Of a DNA stretch of 64,000 nucleotides, positions 13,001-22,940 are shown piece by piece. The DNA comes from an uncultured Planctomycetaceae bacterium. GTDB lineage: Bacteria > Planctomycetota > Planctomycetia > Planctomycetales > Planctomycetaceae. Below the pieces are notes generated by a model. That model was not told where the DNA came from. It searched no databases and saw only the letters and a list, made by a program, of their open reading frames with translations. Location: NCBI GenBank assembly GCA_963813715.1, contig CAWFAK010000010.1:36730-100729 (forward strand), in the 5' to 3' direction. Numbering within the stretch: the stretch's first letter is position 1; each line of letters begins with the position of its first letter. The position numbers were made by a program, and so were the translations under genes.

Positions 13001-15406
13001 ATCGGCTCCTCGGCGACAAGATGCAGCACAATTGGCGTCTCTTTGTCGGGCAAATACGCAGCATGGGCCAGTCCATAGTTTGGCAGCGTGGCCCACAAGT
13101 CGACCGCGCATTCTTGCTCCGTGAGCAAGCCGACGTCAACCTTGCCCCCGAATTCACCCCTCACGTCGGTCGAGAACGTCGTCAAGAACGTGATCGTGTC
13201 GGGCGGCAGGACTGAGTACTCGAGGCCGACGCTCTTGCACACTCGCACGCTCGCACCGATCGCGGGTAGCCCGTTTGGCAACAGCACGCGGCCACGGATT
13301 TCGCGGATCGTTGCGGGCTTCTGCGAGTTTTCCTTTGGTCGCTGGGACGTTGCGGAAGCAGGCCGGATGTTGACGCTTGAATTGCGGCGGGCGGCTTTGT
13401 GCGTTTCTCCGGACCGCGATGGATCTTGGGTCGCAAAAGTCCTTTTTGGTCTCGATCGATCGCGATATCCCCCAGTTCGACGCGTTCACTCGCGACAACC
13501 GACAGCTTTTCGGCAAAGAATGCATAGGGGAATGGATTCGCATAGAGTTCAAACGGTCCCCCGGCTGGCAGCTCGCCGCGAAAACGCCCCTCGGCATCGG
13601 TGCTCACAAACGGGAGCCGGTCGGCCGAGTTGGATTCGAACACGCACTCGATCCGCAGGTCCGACAGCGGGGTCCCCTCGGGGGTGACCAGCCGTCCAGT
13701 CACAACGGCCGGCGGTTCAAGGACGACTGTTCTCTCCGTTTCGCCCACTTTGGGCGTGAAATGAAGCAGCTTCGTGAGGCCGCTCGATCGATGCTTGATC
13801 CAGATTGTCCGCGTTTCGTCCGGCGAAGAGGCATACAAGGTTGCCGAGTTACCTTCGATGGACGATCGACTTCGATTCATGCGGCTGTGCGGATCGAGTC
13901 GCAGCCCATACGTCTCCAAACCGGCGAGCGGGCTGCCGCCTGCATCGGTGAACTTGAGGACGACGTTCTGGCCCGGATCGACCGGCAGATCGACGTGAAT
14001 TTCATGCGTGTCCGGAGTGACATTGACTTGCGCACCGCATGGAATGGTTCCGACAAGAGACGTTCGTATGTCGGCCCGCGCATCGATTGCGCCATTTCGG
14101 AGCCCGCCAGCTCCTTAATCTCACTCCGACCGAGGTTGGGCCGATAATTGCCCTCCGAGCACTTCAAGCAGACGACTCCCCGGCCGGGTATGACCGGAAT
14201 CTTGAACCGTCCCTGGTCGTCGACGAACCCAAACGGGTAATTCGCCAAGAAGTCCGTGGGTGCGTTTCGATACCGCTCGTAATTTCGCGCGGCTGGATTC
14301 GATCGGAACGGCGTGTAATAGACCGATCCAGGGACGGGCTTTCCATTCGTCCGGTCGAAAGCCCGACCAATGGCCCATACGCCGCGTCTCAGCTTGATAT
14401 CGTGTCGGATCGGTTTAAGAGACTCGGAAACGGGGATCGATCCATTTTCGACGGGAGGGTAGGGCAAATCGGGGACGACGATCTTGTAATAGTTGGTGGT
14501 GCCCGTTTCGAGCCCTTGCAGGCGATAGTTTCCTTGAGCGTCGCTCGTTCGCGACAACAGGGCTGCGATGTGTGGATCGTTCAACAGGACGCCATTTTCG
14601 CGCTCGACGGCGGTGGGAATGATGCGAGCGCCGGGAACGGGCTTGCCGGTCTCTTCGTCGGCGACAACCCCTTCAACCGCAACACTCGGCGGCGCCACGC
14701 GATCGAATTGCGAGCCGAAAATCTCGTGATATTTGAAAGGAATCGGCCGGAGGGGCCGCGTCAAAATGCCCGCTTCGATCGTCGTGACTCGCGGCCCGCT
14801 GATTGCCAAATCGACGAGTCGATCCCGTCCAACCCCCTTGATCTCGAAGCGCCCTTCGGCATTTGTCTTCACCGCGGGCATCAGGACATCGGAGACGTTT
14901 TCAGCTGACTTGATGCGTAAAATCGGTTCACGTCGATCAGGCTTCGGCTCCTCGCGAGTGAAGTTGAAAAATGTCTGGCCGGGCGTGACTCGACGCGCTG
15001 AAGCGAGCCATTGTTCGACCCAGGGAGTGGTCGTGTCGAAGTACCGCACGATTTCGACGCGAGCATCGCGAACGGGCTGCCCTTGCAAATCGAGGATGCG
15101 TCCGCGAATCGGCTCTTCATCGACGAGGCTGATCTCGATCGGGCCACTCTTTTCCGCCGGGGCAAGGTGATACGGCGTCAGACCATAACCGGGAAGCGTG
15201 GCCCACAGGTTGACCTGGACTCCGGGTTCCTTCATCGAACCGATGTTGACGCTTCCCCGAAACTCTCCCTGTGAATCCGTGGAGAGCGCAGCGAGCACTC
15301 CGAACTCCTCAGCTCCGCCTTCGTAACGGGGATACTCAAATTTGATCGCGCGCACGGTCGCCCCGACGGCTGGCTGGCCATTCGGCAACAGAACCCGGCC
15401 ACGCAC
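7073..15406 (-). repeat. Four diverged intragenic tandem repeats of ~2.0-2.1 kb
   Basis: Each unit opens with (V/I/L)RGRVLLPNG(Q/L)PA(V/I)GA(T/S)VR at ~15406, ~13299, ~11286 and ~9201. Units also share EEPIRGRxxDLxGxP, YTPF(R/Q), PG(Q/E)NVVLKF(T/A)D and SGLTKL-like motifs. Confidence 0.85.
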
Positions 15407-16779
15407 GGCGACGACGCCGGGGGGAAGCGCGGCGCAGGATTCTGCGCGGGAGTCGGTTGTGGCGACGGGATTGCTGGTGGTGAAGCCGTTGGCGTCGCTG
15501 CGGGCGCGGGGGAAATCGGGGGTTTCGTTTCTTGAGCTGTTTCGAGTTGAGGCGCGGGTTCCGGAGACGGAGCCGCGGCGCGTTTGCCTTGCTGGGCGAA
15601 ACCGACGCCGGCAATGGCGGCTAGCGCGAGCAGCGTGGAGGCGAGCAACCAGTGGCGGCCGACTTTGGGGGTGATCCGCACGCCAGAAAGGACGTGTTCC
15701 AGCCGCCGCTTGAGCGACTCGCGGCTGCTGACGGCGGCCAAGGCGTGGGCCGGCGCGCCTTGTGGGACGAGTTGTAGCAACGAGTCGGCGTAGTCGGTCG
15801 CCTCGCCTCCGGTCGACAGCACCCAATCGTCGCAGGCTTGCTCGCGGAGGTAGGCGAGCCGGCGACGGCTGAGCCAGGTCAGCGGTTGCCAGGGCAGGGC
15901 GATGACCACGATTTCAGCCCACAAGGCGGTCCAGTGATCCCGGCGGATCGCGTGCGCCAGCTCGTGACAAAAGACGCTCCGCCAGAGGATCGGCCCCGCA
16001 TCGGTCGCTGAAGTCGGCAGCAACACGACGGGCCGTGCGCTCCAGCACCAGATCATCGGGCAGCGAATGTGCGGCGTGGGCGCAGGGACGGTGCGCCTCG
16101 CAAGCCCAGGCGCTCGCGTCGCCTCGCCAAGAGCGGCGACCAATTGCGGATCGGTCTCCTCGCGGGCAGTCCGCACAATTCGCGTCCCTGCCAGGAGAGA
16201 AATCGCCAGCCGGACCAACAACAGCAACGACGCGATCGACCACGCAGCGGCGAGCGCGGCGGTCACGCGCGAGGTCCAAGTGAACGGCGCGGGCGGCGGT
16301 TCGAGGGCAGTCTCGGTCGTCTCCGCGTCTTGCGGTTGCTCGCGTGCCGTAGGGTCGCTCGTGGCAACTTCCGGTTCGATCGAGCTGGTCGAGCGGCCCG
16401 GCATCGAGTCGAGTTCTGATTGTGCAAACTCATCCGGGGAATCGGCCCGCTCTCGAGGGAGCTGATCGTCCGGATGGTGGACCTCGGCCGCGGGTGCCGG
16501 TAGCTCGGTGCCAGTCACGACAACAGGCGGCGGTTCGGGAGGCGCAGGCAAGAATCCCCATTGCATGCGATGGACGATGACCGTGAGCAAAGGCGAGACG
16601 AAGGCCGCGCCCATCGCGAGCACGAGCAGCAGATGAGCCCGCCCCGCGCGGCGTCGCCACACGCGGGCCGCGAGCAGCCCCACAGCCAGCCACAGCGTCG
16701 ATTGCCAAACCAACAGCCACGCGAAGTCGCTGGTCCCGCCGGACGTCGACGGGAGCGCACCCATCAGTCGGTCAATCAT
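7073..16779 (-). CDS. Giant BlaR1-like M56 family metallopeptidase with four tandem ~690-aa extracytoplasmic modules (~3,200 aa if indels are errors)
   Basis: N-terminal TM helices, HELAH zinc motif (FCHELAHAIRRDHW, ~15952-15966), REQACDDWV and SLKRRL, then a TM helix. Stitched ORFs 15232-16779, 13877-15826, 13182-13919, 12853-13287, 11930-13111, 11305-12039, 7807-11274 and 7073-7810. Confidence 0.82.
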
Positions 16780-18391
16780 CGTTCAACTCCGCTCTTAGTC
16801 TTCGAGTGCACGGCGATATTCTGCGTGAGTTGTGTCGCCGTTTCTGGCACGTTCAATAGGGCAATCCCCTGGAACTGGGATTGCGGCATCGCGCTCGACC
16901 CGCCAATACCGGCAGCAATGACGAGGCTATCCTTGATTGGCCCCTTCATGTCGGCGCGGCCGTATCGGACGCCTTCGTGTTTAAAAAAGGCATCGGCGTC
17001 GACGCGTGCCGGCTCGAAGTCGTCACGCGCCGACATGCGAACAACGACGGCTCCCGGACCAGGCAAAATGCCTAAAGAGAACGTTCCGTCAGTGTTGGTG
17101 GGCGCCTGGCTAAATGGACCAATGCCAAACGCTGTGCTGGACATTCCCTTTTCGATGTGAGTACTAGGATAGAGCGGCCAATACATGACCTCGGCGGACA
17201 CTGGTTTGCTGTTCGACCGGTCGATCACGCGGCCAGAGAGCGGAATCGCCCGATAGACGTGCAGTTGCACTTCAAGAGGCCCCAACCCCGGCGTATCGAG
17301 GGCCGTCAGCGATCCGTCGATGTAGGACGATTGATTGGGTAAGCTCGCGCCGAGCTGGTACTTGTCTTCTTTGGCGCAGCCCCGCAATTCGAAGCGGCCC
17401 GACACGTCGGTGGTTGTCTCCGAGAATCCGTCGAAATGGTTGACACGCACTCCCTCAATCGGCCGCCCGGTCTTGGCATCGGTCACGGTGCCGACAACGG
17501 GACGCGACGGACGCACATAGTGCGTAAACCGTGCGCCGTAGGTGGCCTTCGTGAAGCGGGGCGGCGTGCCGTTAAGCATCCCATCGAATGGATCAGTCAA
17601 TACGTGGATCGTGGTGTCCGCGATCGCGTCGCCGGAAATCACAAGTACGGCGCGGCGGTGCCGCCCGATGCCGCTGAACCGGAAGCCTCCCCGCTCGTTG
17701 GTCAATGCAGCCGGCGCTTCGCGGCGTAGGGTGACCCTGCTCCCGAACATGAGCCATGAGGTGAATCGGTAGTTCGAGGCGCGCATGTCGTTTGTTTTCA
17801 GCACCCTGAGATACGGTTGCGGATCGTCGTTGGCAAACGTCTCAATGGCGACGATCCGGACGGCGGCCCCCACAACCGGGCGTCCTTCCAAGTTCACAAT
17901 GCGGCCTTCGATGGGCAGATCATCGGTGGCAAGCGTTAGTCTGAGTTCCGTGGACAGCTTCAACGTCTCCGGGTCGATCCAGGCCGGACCGAATCCCGAC
18001 TTTACGGCTTTGATCCGCAGCGAAGCTGCACCAAATCGGGCGTCAGAGCCGGGACCGAAAAATCAAAGTCGCCATCGCTGACGGTTGTTGCCTTCAAATC
18101 GATGAGATAGCCGGGACCCGATCGTATGAAAAACACTTGTGCGCCCGGGGCCGGCTTGCCATCAGGCTGCACAACTCGACCAGAAAACCGGCGGGTTTCG
18201 TCAGCTTCTCCGGAACGATCCTGTTTGCGTTGAGCAGATTTGTCCGCCGCAGAGCGTGCCGCGGATTGGTCTCTGGCTGGTCGCTGTTGAGCCGCGGCAG
18301 TATCCCCAAAACTCACCGCCAGCCAGACCGTCAATCGCGAGACAATTGCCCAGGCGAACCAAGCCGGCAGAGCTGACCGAGCTCTATTCAT
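16776..18391 (-). CDS. Secreted single-module carboxypeptidase-regulatory-like protein (frameshifted)
   Basis: ORFs 18002-18391 and 16776-17963. Signal-like N-terminus ending AAAQQ. FSGRVVQPDGKPAPGAQV, DDLPIEGRIVNLEGRPV and ILPGPGAVVV match the module of the M56 protein. Overlaps the blaI stop and the M56 start (ATGA). Confidence 0.75.
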
Positions 18392-18776
18392 GGGAAAGTT
18401 CCTTCCGCCGCTTGTCGATCATCTTCCGCAGCTCGGCCAGGTCGGCGGCACTCAGCTCCTGGTCATCGAGCAGGTGCTGAAACATGGCAATCGGGTCGCC
18501 GCCGCAAACGCGGTCGATGAATTGCCGCAGCGAGCTGCGTCCGGCTTCGGCGCGGGTGACCACCGGGCGGTAGACGTAGGCGCGGCCCTCTTCTCGATGC
18601 GTGAGCCAGCCTGCCTTGTCGAGCTTTTGCATGACGGAGAGCACCGTCGTGTAGGCGAGCTTGCGACGGGCGAGCTTCGTTTTCACCTGGTTGACGCTCG
18701 CCTCGCCGAGCGTCCAGACGATCTCCATCACGGTTTTCTGCAAGTCGCCCAAATCGTCGAGCGAACGACGGGACAT
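18384..18776 (-). CDS. blaI: BlaI/MecI/CopY family transcriptional repressor
   Basis: LGDLQKTVMEIVW...LAYTTVLSVMQKLDKAGWLTHREEGRAYVYRP...LSAADLAELRKMI. ATG at 18776 is preceded by GAAAGGAA. Confidence 0.93.
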   Translation of the reverse strand: MSRRSLDDLGDLQKTVMEIVWTLGEASVNQVKTKLARRKLAYTTVLSVMQKLDKAGWLTHREEGRAYVYRPVVTRAEAGRSSLRQFIDRVCGGDPIAMFQHLLDDQELSAADLAELRKMIDKRRKELSHE

Positions 18777-18828
18777 CCGGTTCCTTTCGGGTGAAACTTC
18801 GCGGGAGGCTGTGAAACTATCGCCACGA

Positions 18829-18872
18829 GTACTACGACAGATAGTAGTACCGCCGGGCCACCACACCGTCAA
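18829..18872 (-). promoter_or_regulatory. sigma70-like promoter overlapped by a palindromic putative BlaI operator
   Basis: Minus strand TTGACG-17 nt-TACTAC (18872-18844). Inverted repeat GTACTAC-N8-GTAGTAC at 18829-18850 covers the -10 element. Confidence 0.72.
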
Positions 18873-19085
18873 CAAAAAAGTGGCCGAAATGTGACGCCGT
18901 AGGGAAACGGGCGATCACTGCTTTAGCCGGCCTTAAGCGACGCGCTGCCCGCGCCAACACAGCGTGTCGGCCAAGCTGGGAAAGGCGTTCCGTCCGAATT
19001 CCCGAGCTCCGTGATGCAAGCGGCGCCGGCGATGATTAACCGCAGCAGGATCGCCGGCAGACGCACGAGTGCGCCGCGCGCGAAG

Positions 19086-19538
19086 TCAGCTCGCCTTCGG
19101 CGCCTGGCCGATGTCGATGGCGACTTCTTGCGTGCCCGTTTCGACTGATTGACGCAAGGGCGTTTTGTCGGGTCGGGCGTATTTGAGGGGCAGTCGGCTG
19201 TTAGGGACGTCCTTGCCCTCGGGCAGATCGTCGTCGTCTTTGCCTTTCCCCGAGGGGGCCTGTGCGGCATCGATCACGATCACGCGGTGTTGGCCGACGG
19301 CCGCCCCCACCGAGCCATTGGTGCAGCGGAGCTGAAAATGTCCTTCCGCGTCGGTCAGGCCCGTCGATTGCGGCAGTTTGCGATCCTCGGGAATGAAGGT
19401 GACCATTGCATCGGCGAGGGGTGCCCCGTCGACTCGCACGGTCCCCTCGACCTGCCCCATTGGGACTTTGCGCGCGCAACCACAGAGCGCGAAGAGGCTC
19501 AGGCCGAGGACAATACGGATCGACAACGAACGCGGCAT
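19086..19538 (-). CDS. Carboxypeptidase-regulatory-like lipoprotein (DUF1559 partner)
   Basis: Lipobox-like FALCGC, GQVEGTVRVDGAPL, TDAEGHFQL, GAAVGQHRV, LPLKYARPDKTPL; typical gene downstream of DUF1559. Confidence 0.8.
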   Translation of the reverse strand: MPRSLSIRIVLGLSLFALCGCARKVPMGQVEGTVRVDGAPLADAMVTFIPEDRKLPQSTGLTDAEGHFQLRCTNGSVGAAVGQHRVIVIDAAQAPSGKGKDDDDLPEGKDVPNSRLPLKYARPDKTPLRQSVETGTQEVAIDIGQAPKAS

Positions 19539-19572
19539 GGCGCGAAGGACTCTTCCTGGGGAACCGGGCCGC

Positions 19573-20574
19573 TCAGAACGAGGTGTCCGTGACAATTTCG
19601 TTGCCCGCGCGCGTGCTCAGCGCGACGAGCACCGTCTGGCTGATGTACTGGTTCACGGTTCGCGCCGAGCCATCCACCATCGCGAACTGGGCGGCGCCCG
19701 GATGCTGGCTGCCGAACGAGCACACCCGCAACGAGTCGTATGTGTTCGTGAAGGTGGCGTTGGTCATGCCTTGGGCGATCGCTTCCTGATAGGTGATGGG
19801 ACACACGTAATTGATCGGAGAGAAGGAGCTTTCCGTGACGTCGCTGACGCCGTACTGGCCGCCAGTGGAGGCCCACCAGCCCCAGGCGCCCATCGGATCG
19901 ATGCTCCAGCCTGGGGCGAAGAACGTATCGTAGTTGGCATCTGTGTGGTTGCGCTCGCCGAAAAAGAGCGTCGTCGAGGTGCCGTCGAGGACGTCGGCAA
20001 AGCCAATTTGCGGATTCTGCGGCGTCGCCGGTCCGGTCTGGAAGAAGATGCCGTCGGCCGTGGTCAGGGTCGGCGGGTACGAACGCGTGCCGCAGTTTCC
20101 GCCGTAGCTCGTAATGGCGTACCAGGTCGTGGTGTTCGACTGGTAGGGATTCTGAGGAATCTTGTCGGAGGGACAAACGTAAGTCGGAATGACCTTGGCG
20201 CTGTTGGAATCCGACGCGTCCGTCGCGGTGCCAATCGTGTTGTTGTCCGGATCGCCGATGAAGTCCCACTGCTGGTAGAGGGAGCCGGCTTCGATATAGG
20301 GGAGCAAATAGACGAACATCGTGTAGCCGCGGAACTTGGGCTTCACCGCGAAATTAAGCCGCATCTGCCCCGGGGGAAAGACCTGGTAAATGTCGCAATA
20401 GTTGTGCGCGGCGATGGCGAGCTGGTGGAGATTGTTGCGGCATTGCGTGCGGCGGGCCGCTTCCCGCGCTTCTTGCACGGCGGGAACCAGGAGGGCGATC
20501 AAGACGGCGATGATGGCGATCACCACGAGCAATTCAATCAGCGTGAAGCCGCGACGAACTCGATCCTGATTCAT
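19573..20574 (-). CDS. DUF1559 prepilin-type N-terminal cleavage/methylation domain protein
   Basis: RRGFTLIELLVVIAIIAVLIALLVPAVQEAREAARRTQCRNNL, DGTSTTLFFGE, and C-terminal H-X9-DG (SQHPGAAQFAMVDGS). Confidence 0.95.
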   Translation of the reverse strand: MNQDRVRRGFTLIELLVVIAIIAVLIALLVPAVQEAREAARRTQCRNNLHQLAIAAHNYCDIYQVFPPGQMRLNFAVKPKFRGYTMFVYLLPYIEAGSLYQQWDFIGDPDNNTIGTATDASDSNSAKVIPTYVCPSDKIPQNPYQSNTTTWYAITSYGGNCGTRSYPPTLTTADGIFFQTGPATPQNPQIGFADVLDGTSTTLFFGERNHTDANYDTFFAPGWSIDPMGAWGWWASTGGQYGVSDVTESSFSPINYVCPITYQEAIAQGMTNATFTNTYDSLRVCSFGSQHPGAAQFAMVDGSARTVNQYISQTVLVALSTRAGNEIVTDTSF

Positions 20575-20890
20575 GAAGGCCCTCTCACCGGTGCATTGAT
20601 TCGCATCTTGAAGTCGCGCACGATACGAACGTGCCATCTTAGTGACAGGATGATAGCAAATCCAGGAATGGACGCGATGTGAGGTAGAGCACAAACTGCT
20701 GAAGTTTTGCCAGTCCGACGAGCCGCCGGTTCAAGGGCCTGTCGAGCCTGTTCGGCGAACTTCAGAAAGTCCGCTTGCAACTGCGCTCCCCTTGTCAAAA
20801 TCATCGGCTTTCAGTCAAAGTCATCGCACGCGCATTCTTGATCGGTAGTCATCAATCAGAGCTCGCCAACCCCGAGAATTGGAACATCCA

Positions 20891-21442
20891 ATGCCACTGA
20901 TCCGCCCGTCTCGCTCGCAGCGTCAAATGGCCGCGTTCCTTGTCCTGCTCGCCGCGGTGGGCGCGAGCATTCACTCGAGCTCCGCCCGCGCCGCGGACCA
21001 GCCGCCCGAGGCCGTGTTGCTGCTGCAAGGGATGACGGGTGACCCAATTCGGATCACGGAGTCGGAGTTCAAGAAACTGCCGCACGTCGAGGTGGAGGCC
21101 GTCGATCATGGCGGGCACAAGGGACGCTACTCGGGCGTGCCGCTGCGAGCGCTCCTTGACAAGTTAGACGTGCCGCGGGGAGAAAAACTGCGTGGGCACT
21201 GGCTCGGCGCGTACGTCGCGGTCGACGCGCTCGACGACTACCGCGCGGTCTTCGCCCTGGCCGAGCTCGATCCGGGTCTCAGCGATCGCACGATCATTCT
21301 GGCTGACACGCGCGACGGCAAACCGCTCGACAAACGGCATGCACCGTTCCAGGTGATCGCCCCCGGCGAGAAACGGCCGGCGCGATGGGTGTATCAAGTC
21401 CACGAAATCCGGGTGATCGACAGCCGGGCCAAAGAGAAGTAA
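20891..21442 (+). CDS. Secreted molybdopterin-oxidoreductase-like (SUOX fold) protein lacking Cys
   Basis: Signal peptide ending SARAA; YSGVPLRALL, ALDDYRAVF, DGKPL...PFQVIAPGEKRPARWV. Confidence 0.7.
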   Translation: MPLIRPSRSQRQMAAFLVLLAAVGASIHSSSARAADQPPEAVLLLQGMTGDPIRITESEFKKLPHVEVEAVDHGGHKGRYSGVPLRALLDKLDVPRGEKLRGHWLGAYVAVDALDDYRAVFALAELDPGLSDRTIILADTRDGKPLDKRHAPFQVIAPGEKRPARWVYQVHEIRVIDSRAKEK

Positions 21443-21497
21443 TCGTGACGGCCTACGCGAGAACCGCTTACGGCGACTTCGACCTGAGACAGTCTGC

Positions 21498-22919
21498 TTA
21501 CGGCGATTTCGCGCCGAAGCAGTAAACCGTCCCATCCGGACCGTCGGTGCCGATCACCAAGCATTTCTCGCCGACTGCTGGCGATGCGGTGATCGAGCGG
21601 CCGGCCCGGAATTGCCACACTTTCTTCCCGTCCTTGAGCGAGAGGGCGTAGACGTTACCGTCGCCCGAGCCAAAGAAGACCCGTTCGCCCACGACCACCG
21701 GCGAACTTTCGACGTGGCCGCGCGTCGCAAAATTCCAGACTTCCGTCCCCTTGGCCTTGTCGATGCAGTGGACCTTCTTGTCGTATCCGCCCAGGATCAC
21801 GAACTTGTCGGTGACCGCGGCGGACGAGCGATATTCGAGCGGGTGGGCCTCGTCGATGAAGGTCCAGACCACGCGCTGGGCTTTCCAGTCGACGCCCACC
21901 ACCCGGCTGTCGTGAGTGCCGACGTAGAGCATGTTCCCTTCGACGGCCGGCGAGGCAATCAGGTACGCCCCCTCCCCCAATGGCACCTCGTGCACCTGTC
22001 TACCTTCGCGGATGTCGATCACGCGAATCTTGGTGTCGCAGCCGGCAATGAACGTATAGTTCCCTTCGATGGCCGTCGAGCAGTTGACGAAATTCTCCGT
22101 CTGAAACTTCCAGACGACCGAGTGGTCGGCAGCCTTGAGACAGTACAAGAAGCTGTCGTGCGAGCCGAAGATGATGTTCTCGCCGACGAGCGCAACCGAG
22201 CCGGCAATCTCATTCCCCGTGACGAATTTCCATTTGACCTTGCCGTTCCGGCGATCGACGGCGTGGAGCGTCCCTTCTTCGTCGCCCACATAAACCGTGT
22301 CGAGGCTAACGGTCGGGGCCGCTTTGAAACCCGGCGCGAAGTCGTTGGGGTTCGTGCTCTCGATGGAGCGGTACGACCACTGCTGTTTGCCCGTCACGCG
22401 ATCGACGCTCAGGAGCTGGCCGTTGAGGCACGGCAAATAGACCTGGCCGCCCACGACAGCCCCGCAGCCCACCATTCCTTCGGACGTCTTCAAATGCCAG
22501 ATGGGCTGAGGGTCATCGGGCAGGGTGGTCGCCGCGATGCCGAGCTGCCCGTAGCCGTTGCGGAACGTCGCCCAGCTTTCGGGTCCCGGAGGCGACGGGA
22601 CCACGGTCACGCTGGGAGCCGGAGCGGCCGCGACCGCTTTTGGCGCGTCGGCGGCAGGTGCAGCGGCGGGCGTCTGACCGGCGCTGGCGAGGTCGGCCGC
22701 CTGCTTTCGTTCGAGCACAGATCGGCCGCCCAGCGCGTCGCTGGGGCGGGCGCCGGGCAGCGGCGAACCGGGCGCCAGTTTCCAATCGGTCCCCTCGGGA
22801 GACCCGTTGACCGCTTTGGCCAGCGGGGCGGACCGAGGAATAAAACTCTGGGCCGCGACCAGGACGCCGCAAAGAACGACGACGATCGCACAGACCCAAA
22901 CGTAGCGGGGGATTTTCAT
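21498..22919 (-). CDS. PQQ-binding-like (BamB-like) beta-propeller protein
   Basis: N-terminal TM/signal, Ala/Pro linker, WATFRNG and repeated GKxxWxF / SSP-V blades. Confidence 0.88.
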   Translation of the reverse strand: MKIPRYVWVCAIVVVLCGVLVAAQSFIPRSAPLAKAVNGSPEGTDWKLAPGSPLPGARPSDALGGRSVLERKQAADLASAGQTPAAAPAADAPKAVAAAPAPSVTVVPSPPGPESWATFRNGYGQLGIAATTLPDDPQPIWHLKTSEGMVGCGAVVGGQVYLPCLNGQLLSVDRVTGKQQWSYRSIESTNPNDFAPGFKAAPTVSLDTVYVGDEEGTLHAVDRRNGKVKWKFVTGNEIAGSVALVGENIIFGSHDSFLYCLKAADHSVVWKFQTENFVNCSTAIEGNYTFIAGCDTKIRVIDIREGRQVHEVPLGEGAYLIASPAVEGNMLYVGTHDSRVVGVDWKAQRVVWTFIDEAHPLEYRSSAAVTDKFVILGGYDKKVHCIDKAKGTEVWNFATRGHVESSPVVVGERVFFGSGDGNVYALSLKDGKKVWQFRAGRSITASPAVGEKCLVIGTDGPDGTVYCFGAKSP

Positions 22920-22940
22920 CGCGCTGATCCCTCCACCATT

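Noticed and set aside
2594..16779. Diversity-generating retroelement or shufflon acting on the repeated modules
   Set aside because: No reverse transcriptase or recombinase, and no near-identical template/variable repeat pair or inverted cassette seen in the window.
18384..18776. Beta-lactam resistance locus
   Set aside because: BlaI/M56 are present but there is no beta-lactamase, PBP2a or penicillin-binding sensor domain.
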